The notes beneath the pieces were generated by a model. The model was not told where the DNA came from and did no database searches. It saw only the letters and a list, made by a program, of their open reading frames with translations. Positions 12,801-26,540 of a stretch of DNA of 64,000 nt are shown here, piece by piece. Within the stretch, counting starts at the first letter, position 1; each line of letters starts with the position of its first letter. A program made the position numbers and the translations under genes. Location of the stretch: contig NW_020844818.1 in NCBI RefSeq assembly GCF_003704095.1, positions 310,001 to 374,000 on the forward strand, in the 5' to 3' direction. The DNA comes from Pocillopora damicornis (taxonomy: Eukaryota).

Positions 12801-15800
12801 GACAGTCTCACTTACTGACTCACTGATTCCCTGACTCACTGACTCAGTGACTGACTCAGTGACTGACTCAGTGACTGACTCAGTGACTGACTCAGTGACT
12901 GATTCAGTGACTGACTCAGTGACTGACTCACCGACTCATTGGCTGACTTTCTGACTGACAGACTGACTCAATGACTGACTCACTAACTCACTGATTAACT
13001 GACTCACTGACTGACACACTGATTTACTGACCAGCCCACAAGGTGACCATGTTTGAACCTTCACAAACAGTTGTACTCACTCTACCCCCAAGAAAAGAGG
13101 TTTCATACCTCAACCTTTTTACGATGTCAGCCCCTTGAAAAACAGCCACCTACCCCTCCCTCCAAGGTTTCACTATATTTTTTATCAATAATCAGGAGTA
13201 CCACTGATAGACCATTAAAACCATTTGTTGAACAGATAAAAACATTCAGTCAGTCGGATAGGCAGACAAAACGGAAAAAAAATTATGACAGACCAAATGA
13301 AACTCTTGCTGACAAAGAAACTTTTAACAGTCTGATTCACAAGTGAGGTGGATTAATAAAAACATTCTTAGCAATCTCTTTTTTTGCTCGTCATAGATGC
13401 TGGGATATAGGCAGGGGAAACTGCAAGTGTATTTTCAGAGGGTAAGTCTGAGTTGTGATATGTCAGTAAAGCACACTATTTCCTTCAAAGTAATTAAAAG
13501 TAAAAAAGATAGTAGGTGATCCGAATAGGCTTGAACCCAAATGTGGGAATCTCAGCCTTTGACCCGCAGATAGCAAGTGCTAATTGAGGGCCAATTTTTT
13601 TTAACTAACGTAATTTAATTACAAAGTCATCTTGTTTGGTTTTTCTTAGATGAGTTACAAACGGAGGAAAGAAAGACACGCCCACTCCACTCGAGCGCAC
13701 GCTACAATATGTTTCTGAGTATAGAGCGCTTGTTGACTGAGTGTCATAAAACCAAAACAACACTAATCACAACAGCCAATCAAAAGAAAGGAAATAGCGC
13801 AAGGAGCCAATGAGAACTCAAAATAAAAACAACTCAAACGCCTAAGCGCGGGAAAACGCAGATTAATTTGCCCCCGGTGCAACAGGGAAATGGAAGGGGG
13901 CAAGACTTTGTTATTTTATTTCAGACGACTAAGTTGTGATTAATTTTAGTTTTGCATCTAACTGGTTAAGAGAATGGCGCAAGTTTTCAGGACCAATTAA
14001 AGAGCAAAGTAGAGCAAAAAAGACATCCGGATTACTTTCGACACTTAAATGTAATCTGAGATATCATTAGTTTGCTTCACTACAGTTTGCTATTGAGGCA
14101 AAAAGAGGCCCACTCTTTCAACCAATCGAATGCAGGACCAAAAAGAAATCTCAACTTGGTCACTCGCGTCTTCCCAAGCTTCGAGCAGTTCATTTTGTTT
14201 TGGGTCCTCATTGGTTCTTTATGATGTTTTCCTTCTTTCAGTTTGGCCATCGTTATCACTTTAGTTTTGGTTTTAGGACACTCAAATGAAAAGCGCCCCT
14301 ATGAAAACGGAAACAGATACATCTGCTGACCAACATGTATGACCAATTTTTTTAATTTTTTGTAGACATCGAGCCACAGTTCTTTGCATTGCTCTCCATG
14401 GTAACCATCTGGCCTCAGGATCAAGAGACAAGAGCGTGAAAGGTTGGTTATGAAAGTCCTGTCACTTATTTGTTCCTATAACATAGATAAATGAGCTCTA
14501 GCTCGTGAGCAGGCCTTTTTTATACGCACAGCTAGACGCGCCTTTCTCCGCCCGCGGGAAGATTAGAGTCGAGTCGGGAAGAGGTTTCCCGGGTGTGTGG
14601 AACTATCAATGCCTAACACCTTTCAAACCTTTACCGCGGGCGAAGGAGCGCTCGTGATGAAGCGCTGATAGTGGGGGTGTGCTCACAGACTAAAGGTTGT
14701 CTTCTTTCAATAAAACTATTCTGCTTGTATTAACAGTTTGGAACTTCGCTACTGGGAAGTGTCGGAGGACCTTTCGACATCGTCACGTGGTACAAACGGT
14801 TCATGTGAGTAAATTTTCAAGTGGTTTGTATTTCCTTAGTTCTGATCGGCTACTGTGGCTAGGAAAGGAAATATATAAAACAGGCAGATAAAGAAAACTT
14901 TCCGTGGGATAACTTGCTAAGAGTAAACTCGGCTCTATTCCTGCCAAACGCTATACAGCATCCTTATCAAAACCCGATTGTGGAAATGGGAAAGAGGCGG
15001 AACGGTGTGTTTTTGACCAAGTGCATTGAAGAATAATTAACTGATTTTGATGAGCTACAGGCAACGGAATTTTAGGTTTTGTCTCTGCGTTAAGATTTTG
15101 TTCACGATGGTATCGTTATTTTAATTTCCCACTGTATAACAATTTTCCGTTTAGTTTCGAAAATACTCTAGGATTGTATTGCTGTTTCTTCACACCGCTG
15201 TGTTGATTGTCTAGCAAACAAGCGTCACTGTCTCAGCCAATCAAATTTAGAATTACATTGTATAACCAGTCACGACTGGGTCATTCGCGTTTTCCCGCGC
15301 TTCAAGCAGTTTGCTTGGTTTAACTTCGGGTCCTCATTGGCTCCATGTGAAATTTCTTTGCTCTGATTGGCCGTTCGTTTACTTTGTTTTTTGGTTTTAC
15401 GACAGTCAATCGAAATGCGCCCTATATGCAGCAACGAGAAACCAAGACTTAATCAGTAGTTTCAAGCTTTCCTTCAAAATCTTTATTCAGAGTTATTTTT
15501 TCTCGTTTGTAGGTATCTGACACTCTTGTTGTAAGCGGCTGTGAAGGAGGGAAAGTAAAAGTATGGGACATAGAGCAGACAACACTTCTAAAGGTAACCG
15601 CTGGGATAAGATATCAACTCTTTCGTTTTACATCTCGCATGTGTTTCGTTTGTTAAGTCTTTTTACCGTGAGTTTTTCAAGTTTTTTATTTGCAATAAGA
15701 GTTTTACTCCGTCCTAACTACCCTGGTATATTCGTGTTGTAGTACTGATTGTTTTTTTTGTTTATGTTTTTTCATTTGTTCTTTGTTTGCTGACGTGCTG

Positions 15801-18800
15801 TAGACTCCTCCGAACGGTTAATCTAAGGGCCTGTTCTCACGGAGGTGGGGGACGCCAGGTTGGTAGGGAGACCCGCCTGCCCACAAAATTGTTTATTTTG
15901 TTTCGATCGCGTTTACATGAAAGGTGGTCTCAATTTGCCATGTAAAAGTCTCAAGGTGGGGTAACTCGCTTAGCTTGGGTCGCGTTCATGTTATATTTCC
16001 AAGAGCGCCAACACCCTCACTCTCACGCGGGCTATTTATACCCCCACGGCCAGGCGGGTCACCTCACTTACCTGGGGTCCCCTATCCATATGTGTTACAG
16101 GCCCTAAAGGAAGTTTTTGCAGCACTAAATGTGAATTCAAATTAGCTTCGATTAAAAGTTAACAAGAGTTGGAAATTTCGCGACTCTAAAAGAATTATTT
16201 TTTACATGGAGTTGGGGGACCCTAGGTAGGTGAGGTAACCTGCCTAGCTGCGGTCGAAAAAGAGCCTCCGTTTACGTACAATCCTATATTCTGATCCAAG
16301 GATAAAGTTTCCATAGGTTTTCGGAACGCTTGTAAATGTAACATGAAAGCGACCCCAGCTAGACGGGTTACATCACCGTGAGACGTTTACATGGAAAATT
16401 GTGGCCCCGGTTGACAGGGTTACCGTACCCGGCAGACCGGAAAACCCGCCCATCATACCTACGTGAGATAACAAGAAATGGACAGGCGGGTGCCCCACCG
16501 AGGTTGGTTACCTCATCTACCTGGGGTCCCCCACCCCCGTGTAAACAGGCCCTTAGTTTGTTTTTGAGAGAAGACGGCTTAATTGTTAGAATTTTTTAAC
16601 TTCGAACAGCTATTCAATAATTTATTATTGTTAAACCAAAACAAACGAATCACTTTCCTCAGTCGCTCAAAGGAAACTCACTCGCTAAAGTCTTTGTCGG
16701 TTATAAACGTTGTTTTTGGTTTTTTTTTTTTTTTACTGATGTTCGGATTTTGTCACCAGTCCCTCGACGGTCATCACGGAGCAATCACGTGCGTGAAGTT
16801 CGACGACTATCACATCCTAACTGGTAGTCTAGATTGTTACGCCATGGCTTGGAGCGCTGTTGGAAAACACAAAAAATGTCTACAAGCATTTAGACACCCA
16901 AAGTACGTATAGTTTATCCACGATGTGAACTAACTTTAGCGTGCGGTTTAAAACTTTTTAGTCATTCGTGGGTGAGAAACAACATGATTTGATGGACGGC
17001 TACACCAACAGAAAACCAGTCCAATTAGTTGTCACCCGCGCGTGTCGAATGGGTAAACCGCGAGTCACTATTACGTGACTACTATTCAAGTGGTAGGTTC
17101 GTGATTCAATTCTCTTCTTTGTCATCTATTTTGAACCTTTGGGATGAAGGCCTTAGTGGTACCTTTCAAGATGTAAGGTAACAGAAACGTCAGTGAGGTT
17201 CTTTGTTTTTAGGAGAGAAAGAGACCACTTGAAACGTCTCGCCGCAGATAGGTAATATGGTAACATTTCTTGCCCATTTTCCCAGTAAATGATCACTTTG
17301 GTCTGCCTTGTCCGTTCGGTTTTTTTTTTCCAGCCCAAAAATAACCCTTTTAAAAAACTTTCTTACAATATTGTGTTTTGCGCGGAGACATGTACCTGTT
17401 GTATATCTACCGCAATGGTCTGCGACTTTACTCGCAACTTAGCTTAGTGAGCTGTGCCCCCTTAAGAAAAGTCATTTTAACAACTTGAAAAGTTAATTAT
17501 TTATAGTATTGTTTCATAAGTTTACCATCTGCCTTTTCAGGGAAGTTTTATGTCTGGAGTTCCTTTACTGTCGAGTTGTAACTGGCTCTGCTGACGGAAA
17601 GGTAAGGTTTTAGATTGTTTGGTTTAAATTATTATGTTAAAGATATATTTTGATACATCACTTGTTGGGTATTTGTGAAGATGAGTTCGATTAAAGTTTT
17701 TGTCTTTTCAGCTACGCATCTGGAATCTCTTGAATGGCGACTGTTTGAGGATTATACGTGGAAATAGTAAGAATGATGCTATCAGCACCATCAGAGCGTC
17801 AGGAGATAGGTAAGTTTACGATGTCAACCTCAGCACGTCATTTTTGTTTTGTCGTTATTTTTAGCAAGAATGACACGGGGATTACCTTGCGCGCTAAAAT
17901 ATATCTAGGGCGCGTCAACACGTTGGTCAAACTTCAGACATGCGCGAGGGGATCTATTGTGGCCGGCCGCGCGCCATTTTCCCGCGCAAAATTTCAAAGG
18001 AAACGTAAGTTAGGAAAAGGAAAACTCGAGGCTTCGAATACAAAGCTCACTCAAGTAAGGGTTTCTTGATGATTTACCACACTGTTTTGCATTTCATCAA
18101 AAACGTTATATGCTATCGAAACATCGTGATTTACTGGCTTGGGGGGTTGTTTGTAACTCGTGTGAGACAACTTGACTTGAAAGCACGCCACCTAGTCATT
18201 ATAAGGTTCGCCCATGCGAAAATGTTTGACTGGTCTGTTTGTCATTTCTAAGGTGTTTGAAGTATAGTGTTTGTGCATAAAGCAAATGAAATTTTTCTTT
18301 TACTGATTATCACCGTGGCTGTTGTTTGAGTCTTTGCCGAATAACACGGCTAGACTTCAACTAGCTGGGGACGTAAAATGTGCCCAACGCCTGTTATTTT
18401 GCTAACCAAAGATAATTTGAATGAGGTATTTTCCAACGCAAATTTTCACCATAGCATTTTGACTTCTTGCGCTTTACTCTATTTCCATATCGTCTTATTT
18501 CTTGACAATCTTTCATAATTCTTACTACTTTCTCTCGATTTATTTCTTGCTCTAGGATGATAGTCAACACGTTGAGCAATCTTTTGATATTCAACTTCGA
18601 GGCGGTCGAGTGGGATTACAACTTAGATCCCGAGCGACCCGAGGGACTTGGTAATCTAAACATCTATGCCAAGACACCGCCTCGCCGGCTGGCACGTTCA
18701 CACGTGCGCGCGCATAAACTCTTGCGCGCTGACACCAAAGACAGTCTGGCATCCCGACCTCCCTCACGGACAAAGTCACCTTTAGTGTCCGATCATGTCA

Positions 18801-19468
18801 CGACCTTATTTCCACCAAAAAGCTCACCGCTGCGGATCTCAAGCGCCCCTCCACGAATTAAACATCAAGAGAGCACCATCAATAGCATGAATGCGCATGT
18901 GCACAGAATTTTAAACGCTCACAAAGACCAAACGTCTCGTCCCCAATCTTCGCCGGTCATAACCTCTCAAAGAACACGAAGGCGAGCAGATTATGACGTG
19001 CCACCAACAGACATCGAAGGTGATCTTATATCTAGCATGATTATCACCAAATTCACGCGGTCACCCTCCAAACCTTCATCATTCTCAGAAAGTAGACATT
19101 CTCGGGTCATTACGCGCAGTCGCTCAGCACCCGCGTATCGAACTCAAGTTTTACCTCCAGGGAAACGGGGTTGGACTACATCTGCCGCGGAGCCCCTCAA
19201 AGTGCCTGAGAATAAGATCATGGTGAGCGCACAGCAAGCGCGGGAAAAGATCGCTAAGATGCGACCTCACAGTGCGCAAGTACATTCGAACAAAGAATCC
19301 ATTTCGCTCAATCCAGTCAAGAGTCTGTCTTGCTTAAATTTAAAGACATACAGCAATCAGTTGCAGTTTGAGCAGAACTTACAACAAGGTTCATCGCATG
19401 ACAAATTAAGTCGCGTGACACTTGACGGAGCTCACCGTCCAAAATCGTGCAATCCTTGCGTAAGATAA
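6862..19468 (+). CDS. FBXW10: F-box/WD40 repeat protein, FBXW10/CDRT1-like
   Basis: Exons 6862-6889 (putative; splices in frame), 9798-10364, 11057-11727, 11838-12076, 12406-12606, 13397-13441, 14366-14442, 14737-14804, 15513-15593, 16760-16902, 17541-17601, 17712-17809, 18556-19468. N-terminal TKEWFCR...KDFTYMRSR, F-box DFLRCLPVHLSKRILGML, WD repeats (SGSYDRRVRL, GHAGSIRCV, GHHGAITCV). Alternative start ATG 9818. Confidence 0.88.
8229..8430. mobile_element. Palindromic MITE-like element
   Basis: tagcctgtagaacagg...caggcgtacagaggcaagtgcga pairs with gcgcttgcctctgtttgcctg...ctgttttgcaggc. Confidence 0.6.
12750..13032. repeat. TGAC/TCAC-derived simple repeat with a 12-bp core unit GTGACTGACTCA
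   Basis: About 7 near-perfect units at 12840-12930 with degenerate flanks. Confidence 0.9.
13720..14300. repeat. Degraded copies of a dispersed ccaatca/gcgcgggaaaacgc repeat family
   Basis: Similar segments at about 15165-15423, 58490-58740 and 61560-61680. Confidence 0.5.
14499..14692. mobile_element. MITE-like element with short inverted ends
   Basis: tagctcgtgagca ... tgctcacagacta; GC-rich interior with cgcccgcgg/ccgcgggcg inverted pair. Confidence 0.5.
15827..16104. mobile_element. PIF/Harbinger (Tourist-like) MITE
   Basis: TAA|GGGCCTGT...ACAGGCCC|TAA: 3-bp TAA duplication and inverted termini. Confidence 0.75.
16200..16552. mobile_element. Second copy of the same Harbinger-like MITE family, left end eroded
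   Basis: tttacatggagttgggggacctaggtaggtgaggtaacc pairs with ggttacctcatctacctggggtcccc...gtaaacaggccc. Confidence 0.7.
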
Positions 19469-20864
19469 CGCAATACACCTAGCCACGTGATAAGGTCAAA
19501 AGATGACATCTACTTCCCTAAGTTTCGCTTGGTCACACAAGAAAGGTGCAAGCAATGAGCGCTCGAGATGGACGTGACAATAATCCGACCGCGATTTCCG
19601 GTTAATAGACCAGTATATCCTGTATTTTTCTAACCCGTTCACCCCTGACATCAAAATATCAATTGTCTATACTATACTATGCATTTCTCACCAGATTAAC
19701 CCTGAGAATTTGGTTTTTAAATCAAACAATATTTCTCCTCTCATTACCTTTTTCCCTTTAGATTTCTTGACAGTATAGGGAGGAACTCCTCTTTTGTCGC
19801 TCCTGAGAGTGAAAAGCTTTATTCTCATCACCTGTCTACTCGATAATGGTATTAATAATGTAAGGAGAAATTGCCTTTTGGTCACTTGGGAGAGAAAGAG
19901 TTCGATGGGAACTGACATCGTTCCCACTGGTAGGGGACCAGTTATGTGTATAAATATTAGTTTTATATTATTTATTCAAAATTAATTATTTTAATGAAAG
20001 GCCGCGCAACTTAAGAGTCCTAAACAGAATAGAAAAATATCTGACTTCAATAACGTAACGCATTTGCAAATTAAAAAATCGCCTTTAGTACGGTAAAGAG
20101 AGAGTTTTAATATTATTTGGTTGAGATCAGAAGAAATTGAAGTTATTTAGGAATAAAGATTTATTTCAATTTAGTGAATGTCTGTTAATTAAGGCTCAAA
20201 GACTCTTGGAAGAAATGAAAACGACACGTCAAATTATTCACTCCGTAGTTCTTCCTCAGGCGTCTCCTATTTTTAAGACGCGGCTACGAGGTCGCGAGGG
20301 ACTAGCACTACCACAACAAAAGGAACGATGGGAAGGAAGAAGATAAAGAGAGAAGAGAGTTCCCATCTTCCACGAGCGTACTTTCGCGCGCTTTCCTCGT
20401 TTATATTTGTTAGCAGAGGAACAGATCAGTTGAGAACCATCGGCAGACACTGATATCAACAATGTATTTAATTTTTCTTCCTTTCACCCTGTAAATTCGC
20501 GTGATTCGCGCCTAGCCTACGTCTCTCTCCGTATGCTAAAAGGAAATGGAAAAGACTTCGATGCGAGCTTACAAAGGCACATAGAATTACTGCATTTTTA
20601 TAGATCTTTAGACTCAATATGGTTTATCCGATCATTTTCTTCTAATGTCATTCAGTTCTTGCGAGAACAATAAGCTGTTTAAATTCATTTTGGCCTCTGC
20701 AAGATTGTACCCATCATAATTGGTATTTTGCTTCTTGGTTGATGACAATAAAGTCAAGCATCGGTAATTCGAAAAGTTGCCAATCGCAAAAGTAGCACTT
20801 TTGATATCAGTTGGCACGGGTCCTAAGCGGAGTTCAGACAAGCGAACTCCCATCGGCTGATATC

Positions 20865-21555
20865 ATGAACAACTTTTCTTGTGAACTGTTTCTAAATTTT
20901 ATCGGACCTGCCTACGAAGTTAAAGATCTTCGCTAGACTTTCATTGCTAACTGTGTCTTCAACAATTTTCTATACCTCCATTATGTTGAACATTGTTACA
21001 GTCTTTGCCATACGAAAGACATCTTCGTTACCAAAGACTTTGGAAACATTGTTGATAAGTCTCGCTGTTTCAGATGTTGGGGTTGGTTGGTTTGCTCACC
21101 CAATTTACACTTTACTTCTGGTCAGCTTCTTACGAGAGAACAACATTATCTCTCTCACCTAAACTATGTTCCTCGTCTTTACTCGGTTATTTGCTTCAGC
21201 TCCGTTCCCGAGTGTGGTAGCTGTAAGTGTAGACAGGTTCTTAGCTGTTCACTTCATATCAGATACCAGCAAATTGTGACTTACAAACGTAATTTTGCTT
21301 CTCTGATCTCAGCGTGGGTATCATGTGCATTTGTGTTTGCATTAGCACCGTTGATTCTCCATGATACGCAAACGTTAATTACCAACATCGCAAGAGGAAT
21401 TGGCCTCGAGTTATAGTAATTTATAGCAGTATCCTCTTAACTGCCAGACGTCACAAAAGAGAAATGTGGGCTTTGCGAGAACATCGAAAAACTCAGAGTT
21501 ATAACAGGGCAAATTTTGCAAGCTTGATTAAGTTAACAGTCGGTGTATTTTACAA
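20865..21555 (+). pseudogene. Degraded intronless class A GPCR (adenosine/melanocortin-receptor-like cnidarian family)
   Basis: LNIVTVFAIRKTSSL, LLISLAVSDVGVG and AVSVDRFLAVH/LHIRYQQIVT motifs; in-frame stops at 20934 and 21160, frameshifts near 20970 and 21252, similarity ends near TM6. Confidence 0.8.
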
Positions 21556-23474
21556 GTTTGTTTTTTTTTTTTTTCATTTTGAGCCGTGTTTAACCCAACA
21601 GCTTTAGAATGTGTTTTAGCTTTGGTGAGAACGAAATACAAAATTCTTAAAAGCCTCAGCTCAAGTTATGTATGGTTATCTAAGGTCATGTAGTTGTCTG
21701 AAAAATGAGTTCGTTAGAACAGATGACGAAAATTCTATGAATAAATTTGTATATACCTAAAAGAGTAAGCGCAGTTACTTCTCAGAATTTTGGAGGAAAT
21801 TCGGCATAACAAGCTTTTAAATTCATTCTCCTTGTCTAAACATACGTTTAAATATGCTGTTTAATATACTGATTGATATTTTTTTTATACTCTGTGAAGC
21901 TATAACAATAACAATTTGGTATGTAAAACAAAATAGAAGGATATGGAAACAATTTACACAGGACATATGAAACGTGCCGCTTTTGTGATTGGCAACTTTC
22001 GAATTGCAACTGATGCCTGAGTTGGATGCCGTCCTGCGGAGGCCAAAATGAATTTATACACTTTATTGCTCTCACTTTAACTGAATGGTAAAAAGACGAA
22101 CATGATCAGCGATCATTTATTCGGAATAAATGTCGACAAACCACAGTATATTTCTCTGAGCCTCTTTCATAGGCTTGCATGGCAGTGTTTTCCATTTCCT
22201 TTCAGCGGATGGAGAGAAGCGTAGGCTAGGCTGAGTCACGCGAATGCGTATGGTGAAACGGAAGAATTGATAACAATTGTCCGTCTATGGTACCCCACTG
22301 ATTCGATAGGGCTATTTTTTATTTTTAGCTTCTGTTGAAATGCATACTTATTTTTTCGCTTTGAAAATGAATGGCTTTTAATTTATATCAATAGGCAGCT
22401 GGCGGGGTTCACGGGCATCCTTCATTCGTAAACGCGAGCATCGTTCGTCGATTGTTGAAAATTCAACGTCTCGAAATTTTATACGTTATGGGATCTTAGC
22501 CATGATCGCAATTTAAACTTGAGACGTTTAAAATTCACGCACTTAAATTTTCCTGAACAGTGATAGGGAATTCCAGAAGTCTCCAGATGTCTCAACCCAT
22601 TGCTATGGAAACCCACACTACCTGTGTTAAGGCCGGGAGCGGACCAAAATTCATCTTTGACACCTCTATTTAACATATTCATAGATACTATTCCTGCATA
22701 CATATTCATGCGTGGTAAAAAAATGTCCTTAAGCGTTTCTATTTGATATTTGCTGTGTTTATTTCCCCTCCACGATAAGGTGAGGATTTTAAGATGCTGG
22801 GTAACTTTTTCATTTGGTTTTCTCTTTCTTTGACTTTCGTAAGCTCAAAATTACCGAAAACACTGAAATTTAGTCGAAGCTGGAAATTGTTCCTGCCATG
22901 GGCACAGAACCATTTTACATCGGTTGGTGTGCTGCGTTTGGAAAACAAATCAATCAGAACAATAATTACCTTAGTTACATTGCATCATACTGACCGAGAA
23001 AGATTCATTAACAATCTTCATGTACAACTGGGTTTACCAATTCACCTCATTAGTCTTATACTTTGCATTTTATTTGAGTTAAAATATCTACAGCATATGG
23101 TTTTCTGCTTTCCCATTAATTTTCCTTTTACTGTGAGTTTGAAGCTGATTGCACTGCCCAATTTCTATCAGTTATTTTGAAAATACTTACTGTTTTTAAC
23201 TTATCTCCTATCACCTTTCTTTTCGTTACCCTTAGTAAATGGCAACTCTAACTCTCTTGATATGATTACCAATCCTTTAAGCTAACCGTAACATATTTCG
23301 TTGTCGATAATTAGTGACAAGCTTTTCGTCTTAAATCAAGAAAACACTCTTGATGATACTGTCGTTTTTTTCCTCGTCACCTTGTTTCTAGCTATTTTTG
23401 TACAAGTCCATCGCGTCTGTGATTCCACGCGTTAAAGGTGTTGAAAAAGAGTTACAAAATGTATCAGTTTACCT

Positions 23475-23751
23475 AAGAGACCAGTCGTGATCATTTTATC
23501 GCCTGGAAGGAAGTAGGGAGGGGATGTTGAGATCACATGGTTTTCAGGGGGGACGGAAGGGGGATCAGTCGTCGCCAACAGAGTAAAAAGGGGGGAAATG
23601 GAAACTTGATTGCTGACTGACTGCCAGTGAGTGGGGGATCACAAGAATATTACAAAGCTTTAAGGGGGGATCAGGTAAATTTTATCGGGAAATAACAAAA
23701 ATCCTCCGCCGCCTCCCCCCCCCTCCGGAGATAAATGATGACCGTTCCCTG
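23475..23751. mobile_element. MITE-like element just 3' of the GPCR stop codon
   Basis: agagaccagtcgtgatcattttatc...G-rich arm pairs with C-rich arm...gataaatgatgaccgttccct. Confidence 0.5.
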
Positions 23752-23765
23752 AGGGCCAAATAAAC

Positions 23766-24653
23766 CTATTTGGTTTTTCTCTCTCTTCTCGAGAAAGAAA
23801 ACAGCGAAGCGAGATTCCTCCTGAACTGTTGACTATGCAAGGTGTATAACAGTGGATTGAGACAGGAATTCAACAGCGCACTCGCTTCCGCCACTTTATC
23901 CACTGTGACACGATGACCAGGAACCAACGGGGTCAGCGCACAGAGGACTGCAGAAGGCGTCCAGCAAAGGACGAAGATAACAGACACCAAAATGAGCATC
24001 CTAGTTACCTTATGCCTGGAGTGTAAGACCTTAGTTTGAGAGGAGGCTGAGATCAGGGAACGTTCGCGGAGACACAGAACAATTCTTGTGTATAGGTATC
24101 CCATGATGCATATCGGCAGAAACTCGTTGCAACATGACCAAATAAGGTGATAAAATCGGGACGTCAAGTAATTTGGGAAGACAATCTCGCACGCTTGAAT
24201 TTCTTTCTGGTAAATAAACAATAATACCATTGGCGCGGCCAGAAGGATTGCCACGATCCAGAGCACTGGAACAAGCCTTAAGGAACGACCACGAGAAAGC
24301 ATTTTTAGAGGATGTAACGTGGCGTGATAGCGCTCAAATGCTATCAACACCAGCAAAAAGCTCGAGGCTGAAGCCGAAGCCCAACCAAAGGCCCCACCCA
24401 TCAGGAACTTGCACAGCATATCTCCAACGATACCACTTGGCAACTTGATAAAATGGCTCAGAATGCAAGGTGTGAAAAATACTGCAACAAGTACGTCAGC
24501 AATGGCCAGGTAAAACAGAAGCCAGTTGATCGAGGTTCTCATGGCTTTATTCTTTAATACGACAATGCAGACCATTGAATTACCTACCATGTTGAATAGT
24601 ATCATGGCCCCAAGAAAGATGGCATACACCACAGAGCTCATAGACGTTGACAT
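23766..24653 (-). CDS. Intronless rhodopsin-family (class A) GPCR, neuropeptide-receptor-like
   Basis: 295 aa ORF with seven hydrophobic segments and GN, LAIAD, ERY, CWTP, NPLLY motifs. Confidence 0.9.
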   Translation of the reverse strand: MSTSMSSVVYAIFLGAMILFNMVGNSMVCIVVLKNKAMRTSINWLLFYLAIADVLVAVFFTPCILSHFIKLPSGIVGDMLCKFLMGGAFGWASASASSFLLVLIAFERYHATLHPLKMLSRGRSLRLVPVLWIVAILLAAPMVLLFIYQKEIQACEIVFPNYLTSRFYHLIWSCCNEFLPICIMGYLYTRIVLCLRERSLISASSQTKVLHSRHKVTRMLILVSVIFVLCWTPSAVLCALTPLVPGHRVTVDKVAEASALLNSCLNPLLYTLHSQQFRRNLASLFSFSRRERKTK

Positions 24654-26540
24654 CTTTCAATACCAAAATCAAATTTTATCCGTGGAGCAGCAGTTTTCTG
24701 TTTAAAAAATGTTAGAATAATAAACTTAGGCAAAACGATGGTATGCCTCTTTTATCACTGCCGTGTTCGCTCGAAGACGCTTCGCACTTTCTCTCAAAAA
24801 TATCAACGTACCTGAAATGTGGCCTAAGTTAGGAGTTTGTCATAAACTCCTGAGGGAGTGATGGGCTTCTGTTTTGATTAATGCTGAGATCAAGATTTTG
24901 CTTCTCTTAGCCGACAAGGGCACGGTTGATACTACGGATTTGAGAAAAAGTTTCCTAAACCGTGTGTTTTTAAGGAAAGAGCTACAAAATCCTCAGCTGT
25001 GTCCAGAATCACATCTCAAAGCTCTTGGTTTAAATCAATTTCTGTTGGCTGCCAGGTCGAAAAAATGGAAAAGTGTAACAAAATGATGTAAAGAAAAACA
25101 AGTAGCAAGTGAGCTTTACAGGAGATTCCATCAGTACAACGTCAAAACAATTTAAGCTTTTTTCTGCATGCCATCTTTTCCAGCACTAAAACTTATGGTA
25201 TAAGAGGTAGAAAATACGGTACCGTTCAACTCGTATCGCGATAACTTTCCTTATCCTTTCGGGAAGCATTTACAAAGAAAGTCTGATTTGCCCTAGAAAA
25301 GCAAATTGATGCCCCTAAGAAACTGCAATAGATCGTAAACATCTTTGAATTAAACGTAAGTTTTTTTTTTGCATTTTATAAGTCATCCCAGAACTAATAT
25401 CTAACTGAAGAAAGGTTATTTATACGTTTTAAGAAAGGAAGTCATGGATAAAGGAAACTTACGGAAGGTTACAATCTTGGATGTGGTAGTCTCCGTCAAC
25501 CCATCACTTTAGTTTTAAATGTTATGATGATGTTATATATCTTACTTGACGATTGAAAAGTCACCCACTGTCACTTTTTATTTGACGGTCTTTTTAGCGG
25601 AAAAGATTGCTTTTGTTACAGTTTAGGAAAATTAATGCAAAGAAAATGACCACTTGCCTATACAAGCTGTAAACCACCTTGACAACCTTGAGCTCCTAAA
25701 AGACTTTTTTATTCGACGCGAAAAGTTTGAAATCGTGAACATTACATCAAGAAAAAGCAAAACTCGAGATGGCTGGCTGGGTGCAAAGTGAAAAATGTCG
25801 AGTTAAGTCAAGTCCACTCTGTTACCATTTAGAGCGATCAAAACGTAGTGGAAGTCTCCTACTCTACAGAAGCGTATTTGAATGTTGTGAAACCAAAACC
25901 AGAATAATTACAGCGTCCATTTGGAATACAGAAATAATGAAGGATCATTATGTTAATGATCTACTCTGATTGCTAACATAGAGTAGAGAAATCAGTCCAA
26001 GAACAATGGCTTGACCGACTAATATGTTTTGGTTGGTTTCAGATCTGTATGTCATCATAAACCAACATATCTAATGTAAGGATGACAACGACTAAGCCCT
26101 CTTTGTAAAGACTTGTTCAAATCATGCACCAAAATATTGGTGTCATATGAGTAAAGACCACAAACATTGAGAGGTCGTTGTCAATTTAAAAGCAATAAAA
26201 GATCATTCGCAATATTTGCGTCAGATAAACCAATGAGTGTTTGATATTTTAAAAAAACACACACACTTAAATACACAACAAAACACCTATATGCTTACAA
26301 CACAATATGAAAAAACACAAAATTATCCAAAAATTTCAACAAAACAGTATTCTGACACAACACAAGCTGAACAACACTCACACGGACACATACGCACGAC
26401 AACAACGCCATATTGGATTTGAATTATGCGTAACACTGGTAATCAGTAAACTACACTCGTATCCAGTCGTCTTGAATACCTCCTGAGAACGCCTAGTTGT
26501 TTTTTTCCTCTTCGGTGGACATTCTTCATCATCTTTCTTA

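Noticed and set aside
12840-12930. Regular repeats resembling a CRISPR array
   Set aside because: No unique spacers, no cas genes, eukaryotic intron.
22479-23180. Short ORFs of 69-128 aa between the GPCR loci
   Set aside because: No recognisable homology; consistent with chance ORFs.
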